Assembly (NCBI GenBank): GCA_963666465.1
Contig: OY762824.1
Location: forward strand, 810,112-874,111
DNA: 64,000 bases
Origin: Pseudomonadales bacterium
GTDB lineage: Bacteria > Pseudomonadota > Gammaproteobacteria > Pseudomonadales > Azotimanducaceae
Reading direction: 5' to 3'
Every line of letters begins with the position of its first letter. Position 1 is the first letter of the stretch. This document shows, one piece after another, positions 48,100-58,289 of the stretch. The position numbers and the translations under genes are program-made. The notes beneath the pieces were generated by a model, which was not told where the DNA came from, did not search any database, and was given only the letters and a program-made list of their open reading frames with translations.

Positions 48100-48795
48100 A
48101 TGGCGACGAATCCGGAGCAAGGGGCGCACGGGCCGGCGAAGGCAGTGCCAGCCGGCAGCGGCCGGCGCAGGAACGGGCGCGGTCGCAAGCGGGGCCTCAC
48201 CGTGCGGCAAGCCGAGGTGCTCGACTTCATCAAGCGGCACATCGAGGACACCGGCTATCCGCCGACCCGCGCCGGAATCGCCGCCGAACTCGGCTTCCGC
48301 TCCCCCAATGCCGCCGAGGAACACCTGAAGGCTCTCGACCGAAAGGGCGCCATCGAGATCGTCCGCGGCGCCTCTCGCGGCATTCGCGTGCTGCAAAAGC
48401 GGCCGCCCGGCTTGCCCATCGTCGGAAGGGTGGCCGCCGGCAATCCCATCCTCGCCGAGGAGCACATCGAGGACTACTGCGAGATGTCCGCCAGCAGCTT
48501 CCGCCCGGAGGCGAACTTCCTGCTCCAGGTGCGTGGCGACAGCATGATCGACGCTGGCATCCTTGACGGCGACCTTCTGGCCGTCCACAAGACCCCAGAC
48601 GCCAGAAACGGCGACATTGTGGTGGCGCGCATCGGAGACGAGGTGACGGTCAAGCGCCTGCAAGTCACCAACGGCGGCCAACTCATCCGCCTGCTGCCGG
48701 CCAACGAGGACTACGACCCGATAGAGGTGACCCAGGATTCGGACGCTTTCGCCATCGAGGGCTTGGGCGTCGGAGTGATCCGCCGACAGATGTAG
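48100..48795 (+). CDS. lexA: LexA repressor (SOS regulator, S24 peptidase)
   Basis: [34 protein letters not shown]..., cleavage-site region VAAG, and catalytic GDSM...VKRL. Confidence 0.95.
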   Translation: MATNPEQGAHGPAKAVPAGSGRRRNGRGRKRGLTVRQAEVLDFIKRHIEDTGYPPTRAGIAAELGFRSPNAAEEHLKALDRKGAIEIVRGASRGIRVLQKRPPGLPIVGRVAAGNPILAEEHIEDYCEMSASSFRPEANFLLQVRGDSMIDAGILDGDLLAVHKTPDARNGDIVVARIGDEVTVKRLQVTNGGQLIRLLPANEDYDPIEVTQDSDAFAIEGLGVGVIRRQM

Positions 48796-48942
48796 GCGCA
48801 CATACTCGGCCCTTCGTATCTGCCCTCGCAGCGCGCCGCAAGGCGCGTCACGAAGGGCGCAAGGCCTCAAGTGCCGTCTATGGGTTGCGAAGGCCCGCTT
48901 GGAACGCCATTGGCCGCGCCGAGGACCTTGGTCAGGGCACCC

Positions 48943-51357
48943 TCAAACAATGACGCCGGAGGCAAAGACCGTGCTCACCTCTTCCTCGGAGAGACCGAGT
49001 ACCTCAGTAAGAACCTGGAAGCTGTGTTCACCCAGGAGCGGCGCCGGGCCGCAGGGTCCGTTGTCGTAGCCGGAAATCCGGTATTGGTGGCCGGCATACG
49101 CGACCGTTCCCATTTCCCCGTGTTCGTATTCGCGGTAGAAGGATCGGTGCTGGTATTGGGGGTCCTTGGCAAGGTCGCTCGAGCGCTGCACCTTGCCGGC
49201 GGGGACTCCCGCTGCCTGCAACAGCGTGGCGACATCCTCCGCCGCGCGCGTGGCCGTCCAGGCGGCGAGTGCCGTGTCGATGCCGTCGTGGGCGGCAAGG
49301 CGGTCTTCGTTGGTCGGATGCGCGCCAGCGTCGATGCCGGGCACGTTGGCGCAAAGCGCCTGCCATTGGTCGTCCGTCTCCACAGCAATTGCCACCCACT
49401 CGTCTTCGCCGGCACACCGATAGACCCCTTGCGGCGCCGTGAAGCGGCTGCGGTTGCCAATGCGCGTCACCGAGCGGCCGTGTACCTGATAGTCGAGGAT
49501 TTCCGGGGCAAGAAAATGCAGCGACGCTTCGAGCTGGGCGAGGTCGATGTAGCAGCCCTCCCCCGTTCGCCGCTTTCGGTCCAAGGCCGCAGCGATGATG
49601 GTGGAAACGAACCGCGGCGCGATGGTGTCGGTGTAGGCAGTCCACGGGCCACTCGGCGCCATGTCCGGCCAACCGGTCACCTCGTAGAAGCCGGCGATTG
49701 CGGCGGCGTGATAGCCATAGCCGGCCATGGCGCGCGCCGGCCCCGTCTGCCCCATCAGGCAGGTGCTCACCATGATGATGCCGGGATTGAGCTTTCGCAC
49801 CTCGGCATAGTCGAGGCCCATGCGCTGCACGGCGCCCGGGGCGAAACTCTCGATCATCACGTCGGACCAGGCGATCAGGCGCTTCGCCACCGCAAGCCCT
49901 TCGTCGCGCTTCATGTCGAGCGCAAGGCCGAGCTTGGATGTGTTGAAGTCGCCGAAGAACTGCGAACGGTTCCAGCCGGGCACGTTGTCCTTGAAGGGCG
50001 GGCCGCCGCGCAGCACATCGGGGCGGTTCTCCGATTCCACCCGCACCACGGTGGCGCCGTGGTCGGCCAGATACTTCGAAGAAATGGGTCCAACCCCGAC
50101 CCACGCAAGGTCCGCGACCTTGATGTCGGCAAAGGGCAGCTCCCCGTCTTGGGCCACCGGAACCGGCACCGTTTTGGCCGCGCGCAGGGACTCTCGAATC
50201 TCCCCCCCGTGGGCGTCGAGCGCCGGCGCGTTCCGCCGCACCGACAGCAGGGCTTCCGAGTCGGGTCCGGAGCGGGCCCACAAACCGGGCGCCTTGAGCG
50301 CCTCGTCACCGTGCACGAGTTCGCGCCAGTAGCGGCGCGCGGCGAGATGCTCAAGGCACAGCAGTTCCGACATGGTACCCACAGGCGCGAGCGTGATGTT
50401 GTGCTCAATGCCGAAGTCGAACAGTTCCCGCTTGCTGTGGCGGGCGAAGAAGGCGCGCAGCATGGCCAGCATCTCCGCCGCCGACCAGGGCGCCTCCACG
50501 GTCGGGTCCCGCAGCGACTGATCGAATGCCTCCCAGTCGGCTGTCCTGGCGGAGGCGTCAATGATCCCGTCTTCCACCATCCAGTCCAGCAGGCCAAGGA
50601 TCACCTGGGACATCGGCAAGGCGATGATGTGGCCGTCGCGGCAGGGATGGACGATCTCCACCCCAAGCATCCGCGAGTCGTCGCGCTCGAAGTCGAAGCC
50701 CTGCACGGCGTGCGCCCCCATCGCGTTCAGCATGGTCCACGTCATCACGCATTGGGCGGAGAGGTCCACGAACTGCGCTTCGCCGGTTCGACGCATCCGC
50801 GCATGCGCCACCAACGCGCTTGCGGCGGCTTCGGCGCCGGCATGCCGCCACACCTGCGGCACGCTGATGCGCAATGGCGCTCGTTCGCGTGGACCTTGCA
50901 GCGACATGGGCCCGCCCAGAGCCGCCACCACGAGATCGTTGCCGAGGTCGCCTGCCCGCGGGCCATCGCTCCCGAACGGAGAGATGCGCACGTGCACGAT
51001 GCGGGGATTGATCGCGCGCGCATCGGCGGGCTCGATGCCGAACGCTTCGAGCGTGCCCGGCGGCGACGACTCGAAAAGGAAGTCAGCCGAAGCGATCAGC
51101 GCCTTCAGCACATCGCGGTCCGCTGACCTGCCGTCCACATCGAGGGCGATGGAACGCTTGTTGCGGTTGAAGGCGCGAAACGAGAGGCTGGCGAGACCGT
51201 CCGAGTCGCCATCGCCGGCCACGGGCTTCGTCTGGCGCGCAGCGGTTCCGCCAGGCGGCTCCACCCGGATCACGTCGGCACCAAGATCGCCGAGCAGCAT
51301 GGGCCCAAGCTCGCCCCGCTCGTCCGTGAAGTCCAGCACCCGATACGGCTCCAGCAT
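48943..51357 (-). CDS. Fused double CoA-transferase family III (CaiB/BaiF) protein, 804 aa
   Basis: Two consecutive CaiB/BaiF-like halves: YRVLDFTDERGELGPMLLGDLGADVIRVE... and IKVADLAWVGVGPISSKYLADHGATVVRVE.... The ATG at 51357 is preceded by aaggaggg. Confidence 0.85.
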   Translation of the reverse strand: MLEPYRVLDFTDERGELGPMLLGDLGADVIRVEPPGGTAARQTKPVAGDGDSDGLASLSFRAFNRNKRSIALDVDGRSADRDVLKALIASADFLFESSPPGTLEAFGIEPADARAINPRIVHVRISPFGSDGPRAGDLGNDLVVAALGGPMSLQGPRERAPLRISVPQVWRHAGAEAAASALVAHARMRRTGEAQFVDLSAQCVMTWTMLNAMGAHAVQGFDFERDDSRMLGVEIVHPCRDGHIIALPMSQVILGLLDWMVEDGIIDASARTADWEAFDQSLRDPTVEAPWSAAEMLAMLRAFFARHSKRELFDFGIEHNITLAPVGTMSELLCLEHLAARRYWRELVHGDEALKAPGLWARSGPDSEALLSVRRNAPALDAHGGEIRESLRAAKTVPVPVAQDGELPFADIKVADLAWVGVGPISSKYLADHGATVVRVESENRPDVLRGGPPFKDNVPGWNRSQFFGDFNTSKLGLALDMKRDEGLAVAKRLIAWSDVMIESFAPGAVQRMGLDYAEVRKLNPGIIMVSTCLMGQTGPARAMAGYGYHAAAIAGFYEVTGWPDMAPSGPWTAYTDTIAPRFVSTIIAAALDRKRRTGEGCYIDLAQLEASLHFLAPEILDYQVHGRSVTRIGNRSRFTAPQGVYRCAGEDEWVAIAVETDDQWQALCANVPGIDAGAHPTNEDRLAAHDGIDTALAAWTATRAAEDVATLLQAAGVPAGKVQRSSDLAKDPQYQHRSFYREYEHGEMGTVAYAGHQYRISGYDNGPCGPAPLLGEHSFQVLTEVLGLSEEEVSTVFASGVIV

Positions 51358-51646
51358 CCTCGCCCTCCTTTTTCGCCGCCCTCGCGGCATGTTCTTCGCC
51401 AGGCGGCATTGTCCGCGAAACCCGCGACAAATGCGCGCCACATCCTCCCAACCGCACGCCATTCGGGCGTGATGGAGGCAGGATGCCCTCCCTGGCGCCC
51501 CAAGGCACGCTTCTCCGCAGGGCCGAGCGGACACTGCGACGCAAGCGTCGCAGGACGGCGCAGTCATGGGCACGGACTACCCCTCTCCGAAGAGGCGGTC
51601 CCCGGCTTCTTCGGAGAGGCGCCGCCCCGCAAAATCCCGCCCAAGC

Positions 51647-51821
51647 TTGCATGGAAGTACGCCTCCGGCGACGGGGACATGCCCGAACCTCCCCGCGCGT
51701 CGGCGGTCGGGGAAGCTTCCCCGGCTGAAGGCTCCTTGCAGGGAAGCACGCCTCCGGCGACGGGGACATGCCCGAACCTCCCCGCGCGTCGGCGGTCGGG
51801 GAAGCTTCCCCGGCTGAAGGC
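51647..51821 (+). repeat. Two tandem copies of the 86-bp variant (type E') of the intergenic element, 89-bp period
   Basis: Units occupy 51647-51732 and 51736-51821. They share the termini of type E (ttgca.ggaag.acgcc ... gtcgggga.gcttccccggctgaaggc) but have a different central segment. Confidence 0.85.
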
Positions 51822-51869
51822 TCCATAGGCTCGTCCATTGTTGGCCATTTTCGGTTACTTTGCGCGGCC

Positions 51870-53774
51870 ATGAAATGCAGAGCTGCACAACGCGCCGGTC
51901 TCCTTGCCGCGCTCGCCGCTGGCGTTTGTCTCGGCGGGGAGCAGGCGTTGCCGGGCGGTGGGGTGTACGACGCCTCCGGGCCAGGCTATCACCACGGCTT
52001 CTCGTTCTTCCGCGAGCTGCGCTATCCGCCCGAATACGAGCATTTCGACTACGTGAATCCCGATGCGCCCACCGGCGGCGATCTGGTGCTGCCGGTGGTG
52101 GGGACGTTCAACAGCTTCACGCCGTGGATTCAGAAGGGCATCAACCCGGCCGGTTACGGCTTCGTCGGCGCTGGCATCTACCTGTTCGACCGCATCCTGG
52201 AACCCGGCGACGACGATCCGTCGGCACAGTACGCCCGGCTCGGCGAAATGGAGGCGGCCCCCGACTACAGTTGGTTCAAGGTGCGCATCCACCCCGAGGC
52301 GCGCTGGCACGACGGCGTGCCGGTAACGCCTGCCGACATTCTCTACACGGTCAAGTTCGTGCGCGAGAACGCCTCGGCGGCCATTCGCACCGGCCTCGCC
52401 CACTTCGGCCGCGCCGAGCAGGTGAGCGAGCGCGAGGCGACGATCTACATCACGGACCCAGCCTTCCGCAATCCCGCAGCCGGCTTGAGCGTCGGCCACC
52501 TGCCTATCCTGCCAGCCCACTATTGGACGGAACGCGACATCACCAAGACCAGCGTCGAGCCGCCGCTCGGCAGCGGCCCCTACCGCATCTCGGACTTCGA
52601 GCTGGGCCGCCGCGTGGTGTACGAACGGGTGGACGACTACTGGGGCTGGGAGGTCCCGTCCGTGCGCGGCAAGTACAACTTCGAGCGCATCATCTTCGAG
52701 TACTTCCGCGACAACACCGTGGCGCGGGAGGCGGCGAAGAAAGGCATCGTCACATTCCGCGGCGAAGGCGTCGCCAAGGACTGGGCCACCTCCTACGAGA
52801 ACTTCCCGCCCCGCGACGACGGCTACTTCGTGCGGGAACTGGCGGAACGGCGCAACATCACCGCCATGGCGGCGGCCATCGTCATCAACACCCGGCGCGA
52901 GCGCTTCCAGGACCGCCGCGTGCGCAAGGCGCTGCTCCATGCCTACGATTTCGAGTGGATCAACCGCGTGCAGCACTTCGGCTTCTACCGCCGCGTGGAC
53001 AGCTTCTTCGACAACTCTGCACTCGAATCCGCCGGCATTCCGCAGGGCCTCGAACTCGAGCTCCTGAGCGAGTTCAAGGACGAACTGCCACCTGAACTCT
53101 TCACCACGCCGTTCGAGATCCCCACCTCCGACGGACTCGGCATGAACCGCACCAACATGCTGAAGGCACAGGCGCTGTTCGCCGAGGCCGGCTGGCATGT
53201 GGTGGACGAACGGCTGGTGAACGACGCCGGAGAGCAGTTCGAGTTCGAGTTTCTGGCGCGCAACCCTGCCGAAGAGCGCGCTGCCCTGCCCTTCATGGCG
53301 GCGCTGCGCCGACTCGGCGTGGACGCCAGCGTGCGCACGGTGGACCCGACGCAGTTCCGTTCCCGCCTGCGCGGATTCGCCTACGACGCCGCCATCAACG
53401 ACTATTGGGCGACGCCCACCCTCGGCACCTACCTCAAGTCGTTCTTCCACTCGTCCGGCGCCGACGCCCCGTTCACGGAAAACTGGGCTGGCATCCGCAG
53501 CCCGGCAGTGGACTCCTTCGTCGCGCGGGCACTCACCACCTATGAACGCGAGGAACTCTATGCCACCGGGCGCGCCCTGGACCGCGTTCTCCTGCATGGC
53601 TACTACATGATCCCGACGCAGATCGAGAGCGGCATGAGGTGGACGTATTGGGACCGCTTCGGGCGCCCCGCCCAATCCTCCCGCTACCGTCACCACTCGT
53701 TTCCGGAAACCTGGTGGATCGAGCCGGCCAAGGACGCCGCCGTCACCGAGTACCTGCGGACCCGCGAGGGCTAG
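51870..53774 (+). CDS. yejA: ABC transporter substrate-binding protein, family 5 (YejA-like, peptide/microcin C-type)
   Basis: Signal peptide. YejA-like N-terminus (HGFSFFRELRYPPEYEHFDYVNPDAPTGG) and length. Confidence 0.85.
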   Translation: MKCRAAQRAGLLAALAAGVCLGGEQALPGGGVYDASGPGYHHGFSFFRELRYPPEYEHFDYVNPDAPTGGDLVLPVVGTFNSFTPWIQKGINPAGYGFVGAGIYLFDRILEPGDDDPSAQYARLGEMEAAPDYSWFKVRIHPEARWHDGVPVTPADILYTVKFVRENASAAIRTGLAHFGRAEQVSEREATIYITDPAFRNPAAGLSVGHLPILPAHYWTERDITKTSVEPPLGSGPYRISDFELGRRVVYERVDDYWGWEVPSVRGKYNFERIIFEYFRDNTVAREAAKKGIVTFRGEGVAKDWATSYENFPPRDDGYFVRELAERRNITAMAAAIVINTRRERFQDRRVRKALLHAYDFEWINRVQHFGFYRRVDSFFDNSALESAGIPQGLELELLSEFKDELPPELFTTPFEIPTSDGLGMNRTNMLKAQALFAEAGWHVVDERLVNDAGEQFEFEFLARNPAEERAALPFMAALRRLGVDASVRTVDPTQFRSRLRGFAYDAAINDYWATPTLGTYLKSFFHSSGADAPFTENWAGIRSPAVDSFVARALTTYEREELYATGRALDRVLLHGYYMIPTQIESGMRWTYWDRFGRPAQSSRYRHHSFPETWWIEPAKDAAVTEYLRTREG

Positions 53775-54866
53775 GTGGGCCGCTACGTTTTGCGCCGGCT
53801 GGCGCTGATGGTGCCGACCCTGTTCGGCATCATGGTGATCAACTTCATGATCGTCCAGCTCGCTCCCGGCGGCCCCATCGATCTCATCATCGAGCAGATG
53901 ATGAGCGGTTCGAGCGGCGCGCTCTCCACCCGGGGCGCCGGCGCCGCCATGGAGATGGGCGGCAGCTCGCTCATGGACTCCGGCGGGCGCGATGCCGCGT
54001 CACGCGGGCTGGACCCAGACATGCTGGCGGACCTGGAGAAGCAGTTCGGCTTCGACAAGCCCCTGCACGAGCGCTTCCTGACGATGATGGGCGGCTACCT
54101 GACGCTGGACTTCGGCGAGAGCTTCTATCAGGACCGACCGGTGCTCGATCTGTTGCTGGAACGCCTGCCGGTGTCCATGTCGCTGGGGCTATGGTCGATG
54201 CTGCTGATCTACCTCATATCCATTCCGCTCGGCATTCGCAAGGCGGTTCGGAACGGCACCCGCTTCGACGCCTGGACCAGCGCGGTGATCTTCGTCGGCT
54301 ATGCGGTGCCAGGCTTCCTGTTTGCCGTGCTGCTCATCATCGTCTTCGCCGGCGGCAGCTATTTCGACTGGTTCCCCTTGCGCGGCCTCGTCAGCGACGA
54401 CTTCGCCGAGATGTCCCTCGCCGGCAAGATCGGCGACTACTTCTGGCATCTGGCACTGCCCATCGCCGCCCTTTCCATCGGCGGCTTCGCCACCCTCACC
54501 ATGCTCACCAAGAACTCGTTCCTGGAGGAGATCAGCAAGCAGTTCGTGCTCACGGCACGCGCCAAGGGACTCAGCGAGCAGCGCGTGCTCTACGGCCATG
54601 TCTTCCGCAACGCCATGCTGATCGTCATCGCCGGCTTCCCGGCGGCGCTCATCGGCATCCTATTCACCGGCTCCATGCTCATCGAGGTGATCTTCAGCCT
54701 GGACGGCATTGGCCTGCTCGGCTTCGAGGCCGTCATCTCGCGCGACTACCCCATCATGTTCGGCACGCTGTTCATCTTCACCATCATCGGCCTCATGCTG
54801 CAGCTTGCCGGCGACATCACCTACACACTGGTGGACCCGCGCATCGACTTCGAGGCGCGCGGTTGA
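53775..54866 (+). CDS. yejB: ABC transporter permease YejB-like
   Basis: [34 protein letters not shown], characteristic of YejB/DppB-type permeases. Confidence 0.9.
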   Translation: MGRYVLRRLALMVPTLFGIMVINFMIVQLAPGGPIDLIIEQMMSGSSGALSTRGAGAAMEMGGSSLMDSGGRDAASRGLDPDMLADLEKQFGFDKPLHERFLTMMGGYLTLDFGESFYQDRPVLDLLLERLPVSMSLGLWSMLLIYLISIPLGIRKAVRNGTRFDAWTSAVIFVGYAVPGFLFAVLLIIVFAGGSYFDWFPLRGLVSDDFAEMSLAGKIGDYFWHLALPIAALSIGGFATLTMLTKNSFLEEISKQFVLTARAKGLSEQRVLYGHVFRNAMLIVIAGFPAALIGILFTGSMLIEVIFSLDGIGLLGFEAVISRDYPIMFGTLFIFTIIGLMLQLAGDITYTLVDPRIDFEARG

Positions 54867-54918
54867 TGGCCTCGGCGTGGCGTGACCCGGGCACGAACCC
54901 TGCCAAGACCGCTCTTCC

Positions 54919-55956
54919 GTGAACCTGACGCCTCTCACCCGCCGGCGCCTCGCCAGCTTCCGCGCCAATCGGCGCGGCTATTGGTCGCTTTGGATCTTCC
55001 TCGGACTCTTTGCCGTCTCGCTGATCTCGGAGCTGATCGCCAACGACAAGTCCATCGTCATGCGCCACAACGGCGAACTGTGGGCGCCGGTGCTGTTCAC
55101 CTACACCGAGCAGGAGCTCGGCGGCGAATTCGCCACCGAAGCGAAGTACGAAGACCCGTATGTGCAGAACCTGATCGCGGAAACCGGAGGCTGGATGCTG
55201 TGGCCGCCCATCCGCTTCAGCCACGACACCATCGATTGGTTCACCGAAGAAGGGGCGCCGGCGCCGCCCTCGGCACGCCACTGGCTCGGCACCGACGACG
55301 GCGCCCGCGACGTGGCCGCACGCTTGCTCTACGGCTTTCGCCTGTCGGTGAGCTTTGGCCTCGCGCTGACGGTTGTTGCCTCCGTCATCGGCATCGCCGC
55401 TGGCGCCGTGCAAGGCTATTTCGGCGGCAAGGTGGATCTCATCGGCCAGCGCCTGATCGAGATCTGGGCCGGGCTGCCCGTCCTGTTCCTGCTCATCATC
55501 CTGTCGAGCATGGTGGAGCCCTCGGCCCTGGTGCTGCTGGGCCTCCTCGTGCTGTTCAGCTGGATGACGCTGGTGTCCGTGGTGCGAGCGGAGTTCCTGC
55601 GCGCCCGCAATTTCGATTTCGTGCGTGCCGCCCTGTCGCTCGGCGTCGGCAACGCCACCATCATGCGCCGCCACGTGCTGCCGAACGCCATGGTGGCAAC
55701 CCTCACCTACCTGCCGTTCATCCTCAACGGCTCCATCACTACCCTAACCGCCCTCGACTTCCTCGGCTTCGGCCTGCCACCTGGCTCCGCCTCCCTGGGC
55801 GAACTGCTAGCCCAGGGCAAGGCGAACATCCAGACGCCCTGGCTCGGCCTCACCGGCTTTGCCACCCTGGCAATCATGCTGACCCTCCTGATCTTCGTGG
55901 GAGAGGCAGTGCGAGACGCCTTCGACCCACGACGAACCGAGGGCGTGCCCGCCTGA
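54919..55956 (+). CDS. yejE: ABC transporter permease YejE-like
   Basis: RRRLASFRANRRGYWSLWIF..., then HWLGTDDGARDV. DppC/YejE-type permease. Confidence 0.9.
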   Translation: MNLTPLTRRRLASFRANRRGYWSLWIFLGLFAVSLISELIANDKSIVMRHNGELWAPVLFTYTEQELGGEFATEAKYEDPYVQNLIAETGGWMLWPPIRFSHDTIDWFTEEGAPAPPSARHWLGTDDGARDVAARLLYGFRLSVSFGLALTVVASVIGIAAGAVQGYFGGKVDLIGQRLIEIWAGLPVLFLLIILSSMVEPSALVLLGLLVLFSWMTLVSVVRAEFLRARNFDFVRAALSLGVGNATIMRRHVLPNAMVATLTYLPFILNGSITTLTALDFLGFGLPPGSASLGELLAQGKANIQTPWLGLTGFATLAIMLTLLIFVGEAVRDAFDPRRTEGVPA

Positions 55957-56015
55957 CAGGGGCGACCCTTGAACGGAACCGCGTCCACGCGGCCTGTCCC
56001 CGCCAAAGAGCCACC

Positions 56016-58049
56016 TCACTCCCTCGCCGCGGTTTGCAGTTCGACGAAGTTGCGGTAGTGGCCATCTGGGCGGGCCATGAGTTCGGTGTGGCTGCCTTGT
56101 TCCATTACGCGGCCGTCTTCCAGGAAGACGATCTTGTCGGCGTGGGCGATGGTGGAGAGGCGGTGGGCGATGATGATCACCAAGCGGTCCTTGGCGGCTT
56201 CGTGGAGGGACCTGACCAGGTATTGCTCCGTCTCTGGATCGAGGGCGGAGGTGGGCTCGTCCAGGATCAGGATGCGCGACTCTCGCAACAGGCCCCGGGC
56301 GATGGAGATGCGCTGCTTCTGCCCGACCGACAGCTTGTTCGCCGCCGCGCCGCCGAGCTTGGTGTCGTAGCCGTCGGGCAGCGAGGCGATGAACTCGTGG
56401 ATGCCCGCGGTCCTGGCGACGTCCTCGACCTCCGCCATGCTCGCGCTCGGCTTCCCGTAGCGGATGTTGTCGAGGATCGAGTCGGAGAACAGCTGCGTCT
56501 CCTGGAAGACATATGTGACCTGTTCGCGGAGGCTTTCCAGCGTCAGGTCGTTCACCGGGTGTCCGTCAACACGGATCACACCTTCCGTGGCGGCGTGGTA
56601 GCGCGGGATCAGGTAGGCGAGGCTGGTCTTGCCGGCGCCGGTCGGACCGCAGAACGCCACGATCTCGCCGACGCTGGCGTCGAGGTCGATGTCGGCGAGC
56701 GCGCGCCGGCCGTCCGGGTAGACGAGGCCGACGCCGCGCATGGAGACGCCCTCGCGCACGGGCGGCAGCCGGGTTCGACCGATGTCGCCCTCGGCCGGCA
56801 GGTCCATCATCCGGAACACGCGGCGCATGCCGGCGACGTTGTCCTGGAAGCGGATCCAGAGGATGCCGAGCGAGCGCGCCGGGCCGATCAGGTAGCCCCA
56901 GAAGACGAACATGGCGGCAAAGTCGCCAGGGGTCATCACGCCACCGATGATGAGGTTGATGAGGTATACGAAGAACGCGGTCTGCAGGCAGGCGATGATG
57001 AACTCCCACACCCGGGGGATCAGCATCCACATCAGCGCCACGCCGCGGAAACGGCGGAACGACTCCTTGCTGTCGCCGTCGAAGCGGTCCCGTTCCGTGG
57101 CGTTGGCGCCGAGGCCTTGCACCGCCAGCACGTTGTCCATGCCCTCCTCGATGGTGCCGGTGGTGAGCGAGCCCGCCGCGCGCGCCGCCTGGCCGCGGCG
57201 GCGGACCATCCCCGAGAACAGGCTGGTGCCGATCACCACGCCGAAGAACACGCTCATCGACAGCCAGAACACCTCCGGCATGGTGGGGTAGGTGGCGAGC
57301 AGGGTGATGCCCGCCTGGATGTAGAGCAACGTGGACATGATCGGCGTGTGCGTGGTCTCGTAGAAGATCTCCTGCACCTGCGGCGCGTCGTACATGACGC
57401 GGTAGATGGAGTCGCCGATGCGCTGCTCTTCGAGCTGGGTCATCGACAGCGCGCCGATGCGGCTGAAGAGCTGTGCCCGCAACAGGTGGTTCAGGGCCTG
57501 CGTCATGCGAGAGTTGATCTTGAACTCGACGTAGCCCCAGACGCCGCCGAACACCGCACCACCGCCGTGGATCTGGTTCTCCACCCGGGTGGCGTAGTCG
57601 TGGCCTTCGGCGAGGCCGGCTTCCACGCCATCGTCATAGCCTGTGATGTAGCGTCCGATCAGGATGACCAGGGACACGCCCAGAACGGCCAGGAAGATCA
57701 GGATCTCGAACGGCGACCAGCCCTGCACCAGATCGATCACGGGTCGCCAATACGGCGGGTAGCCGGTGGCCTCGGCGATGGGCCGGCCGAGGATTACGTG
57801 GTCGGTCAGCATCTTTGCCGGCCACGGCAACATCCCCAGCGCGATCGCGTAGGCACCGAGTTTCATGGCGAACTTGGCCAGGTAGCGCCAGAAGAAGAAG
57901 CGGATGTAGCGCGTGCTGCGCAGGATGATGGCGAACGCCTCGGCGTTCGTGATGCGGGTGCTGGCATCGAGGCCGCTGGCGCGCGCGTCGAGGTCCCGCA
58001 ACGCCTTCTGCCGACGCTCCCGCCTCGTGCTGATCGCGGTTTCCGCCAC
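56016..58049 (-). CDS. ABC exporter, fused permease/ATP-binding protein (type I exporter fold)
   Basis: TMD followed by an NBD: Walker A GPTGAGKTS, signature LSVGQKQRISIARG, Walker B ILILDEPTSALD. The first ~36 codons of the ORF are repeat sequence, so a GTG at 58049 is the proposed start (uncertain). Confidence 0.8.
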   Translation of the reverse strand: MAETAISTRRERRQKALRDLDARASGLDASTRITNAEAFAIILRSTRYIRFFFWRYLAKFAMKLGAYAIALGMLPWPAKMLTDHVILGRPIAEATGYPPYWRPVIDLVQGWSPFEILIFLAVLGVSLVILIGRYITGYDDGVEAGLAEGHDYATRVENQIHGGGAVFGGVWGYVEFKINSRMTQALNHLLRAQLFSRIGALSMTQLEEQRIGDSIYRVMYDAPQVQEIFYETTHTPIMSTLLYIQAGITLLATYPTMPEVFWLSMSVFFGVVIGTSLFSGMVRRRGQAARAAGSLTTGTIEEGMDNVLAVQGLGANATERDRFDGDSKESFRRFRGVALMWMLIPRVWEFIIACLQTAFFVYLINLIIGGVMTPGDFAAMFVFWGYLIGPARSLGILWIRFQDNVAGMRRVFRMMDLPAEGDIGRTRLPPVREGVSMRGVGLVYPDGRRALADIDLDASVGEIVAFCGPTGAGKTSLAYLIPRYHAATEGVIRVDGHPVNDLTLESLREQVTYVFQETQLFSDSILDNIRYGKPSASMAEVEDVARTAGIHEFIASLPDGYDTKLGGAAANKLSVGQKQRISIARGLLRESRILILDEPTSALDPETEQYLVRSLHEAAKDRLVIIIAHRLSTIAHADKIVFLEDGRVMEQGSHTELMARPDGHYRNFVELQTAARE

Positions 58050-58065
58050 GGCTACTGGCCCCTCG

Positions 58066-58268
58066 CTAGGAGCCTTCAGCCGGGGAAGCATCCCCGACCG
58101 CTGACGCGTAAGGAAGTGCCGGCAATTCCCCCATCGCTGGGGCGTACTTCCATGCAAGCCTGCGCCGTAGAACGGTGCCGGCTCCTAGCCGAAGGCGCGA
58201 GCGAATGCGAGCCCGAAGGCCAAGCAGTTCGCGAAGCGAACTGCCGACGCGCCCGCAAGGGCGCGCAA
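58066..58268 (-). repeat. Inverted copies of repeat units U5 (with the 86-bp E element at 58072-58157) and U4, in the gap between two ABC exporter genes
   Basis: Reverse complements of 12060-12185 and 11980-12063. CTAG occurs at 58066 and 58185; the last CTAG has degenerated to caag. Confidence 0.85.
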
Positions 58269-58289
58269 GGCATGAACCGTTCCGGAGCG

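Noticed and set aside
47947-48870. N-terminal extension of the 676-aa ORF 46840..48870.
   Set aside because: It is antisense to lexA. The MscS homology begins at the GTG at 47946.
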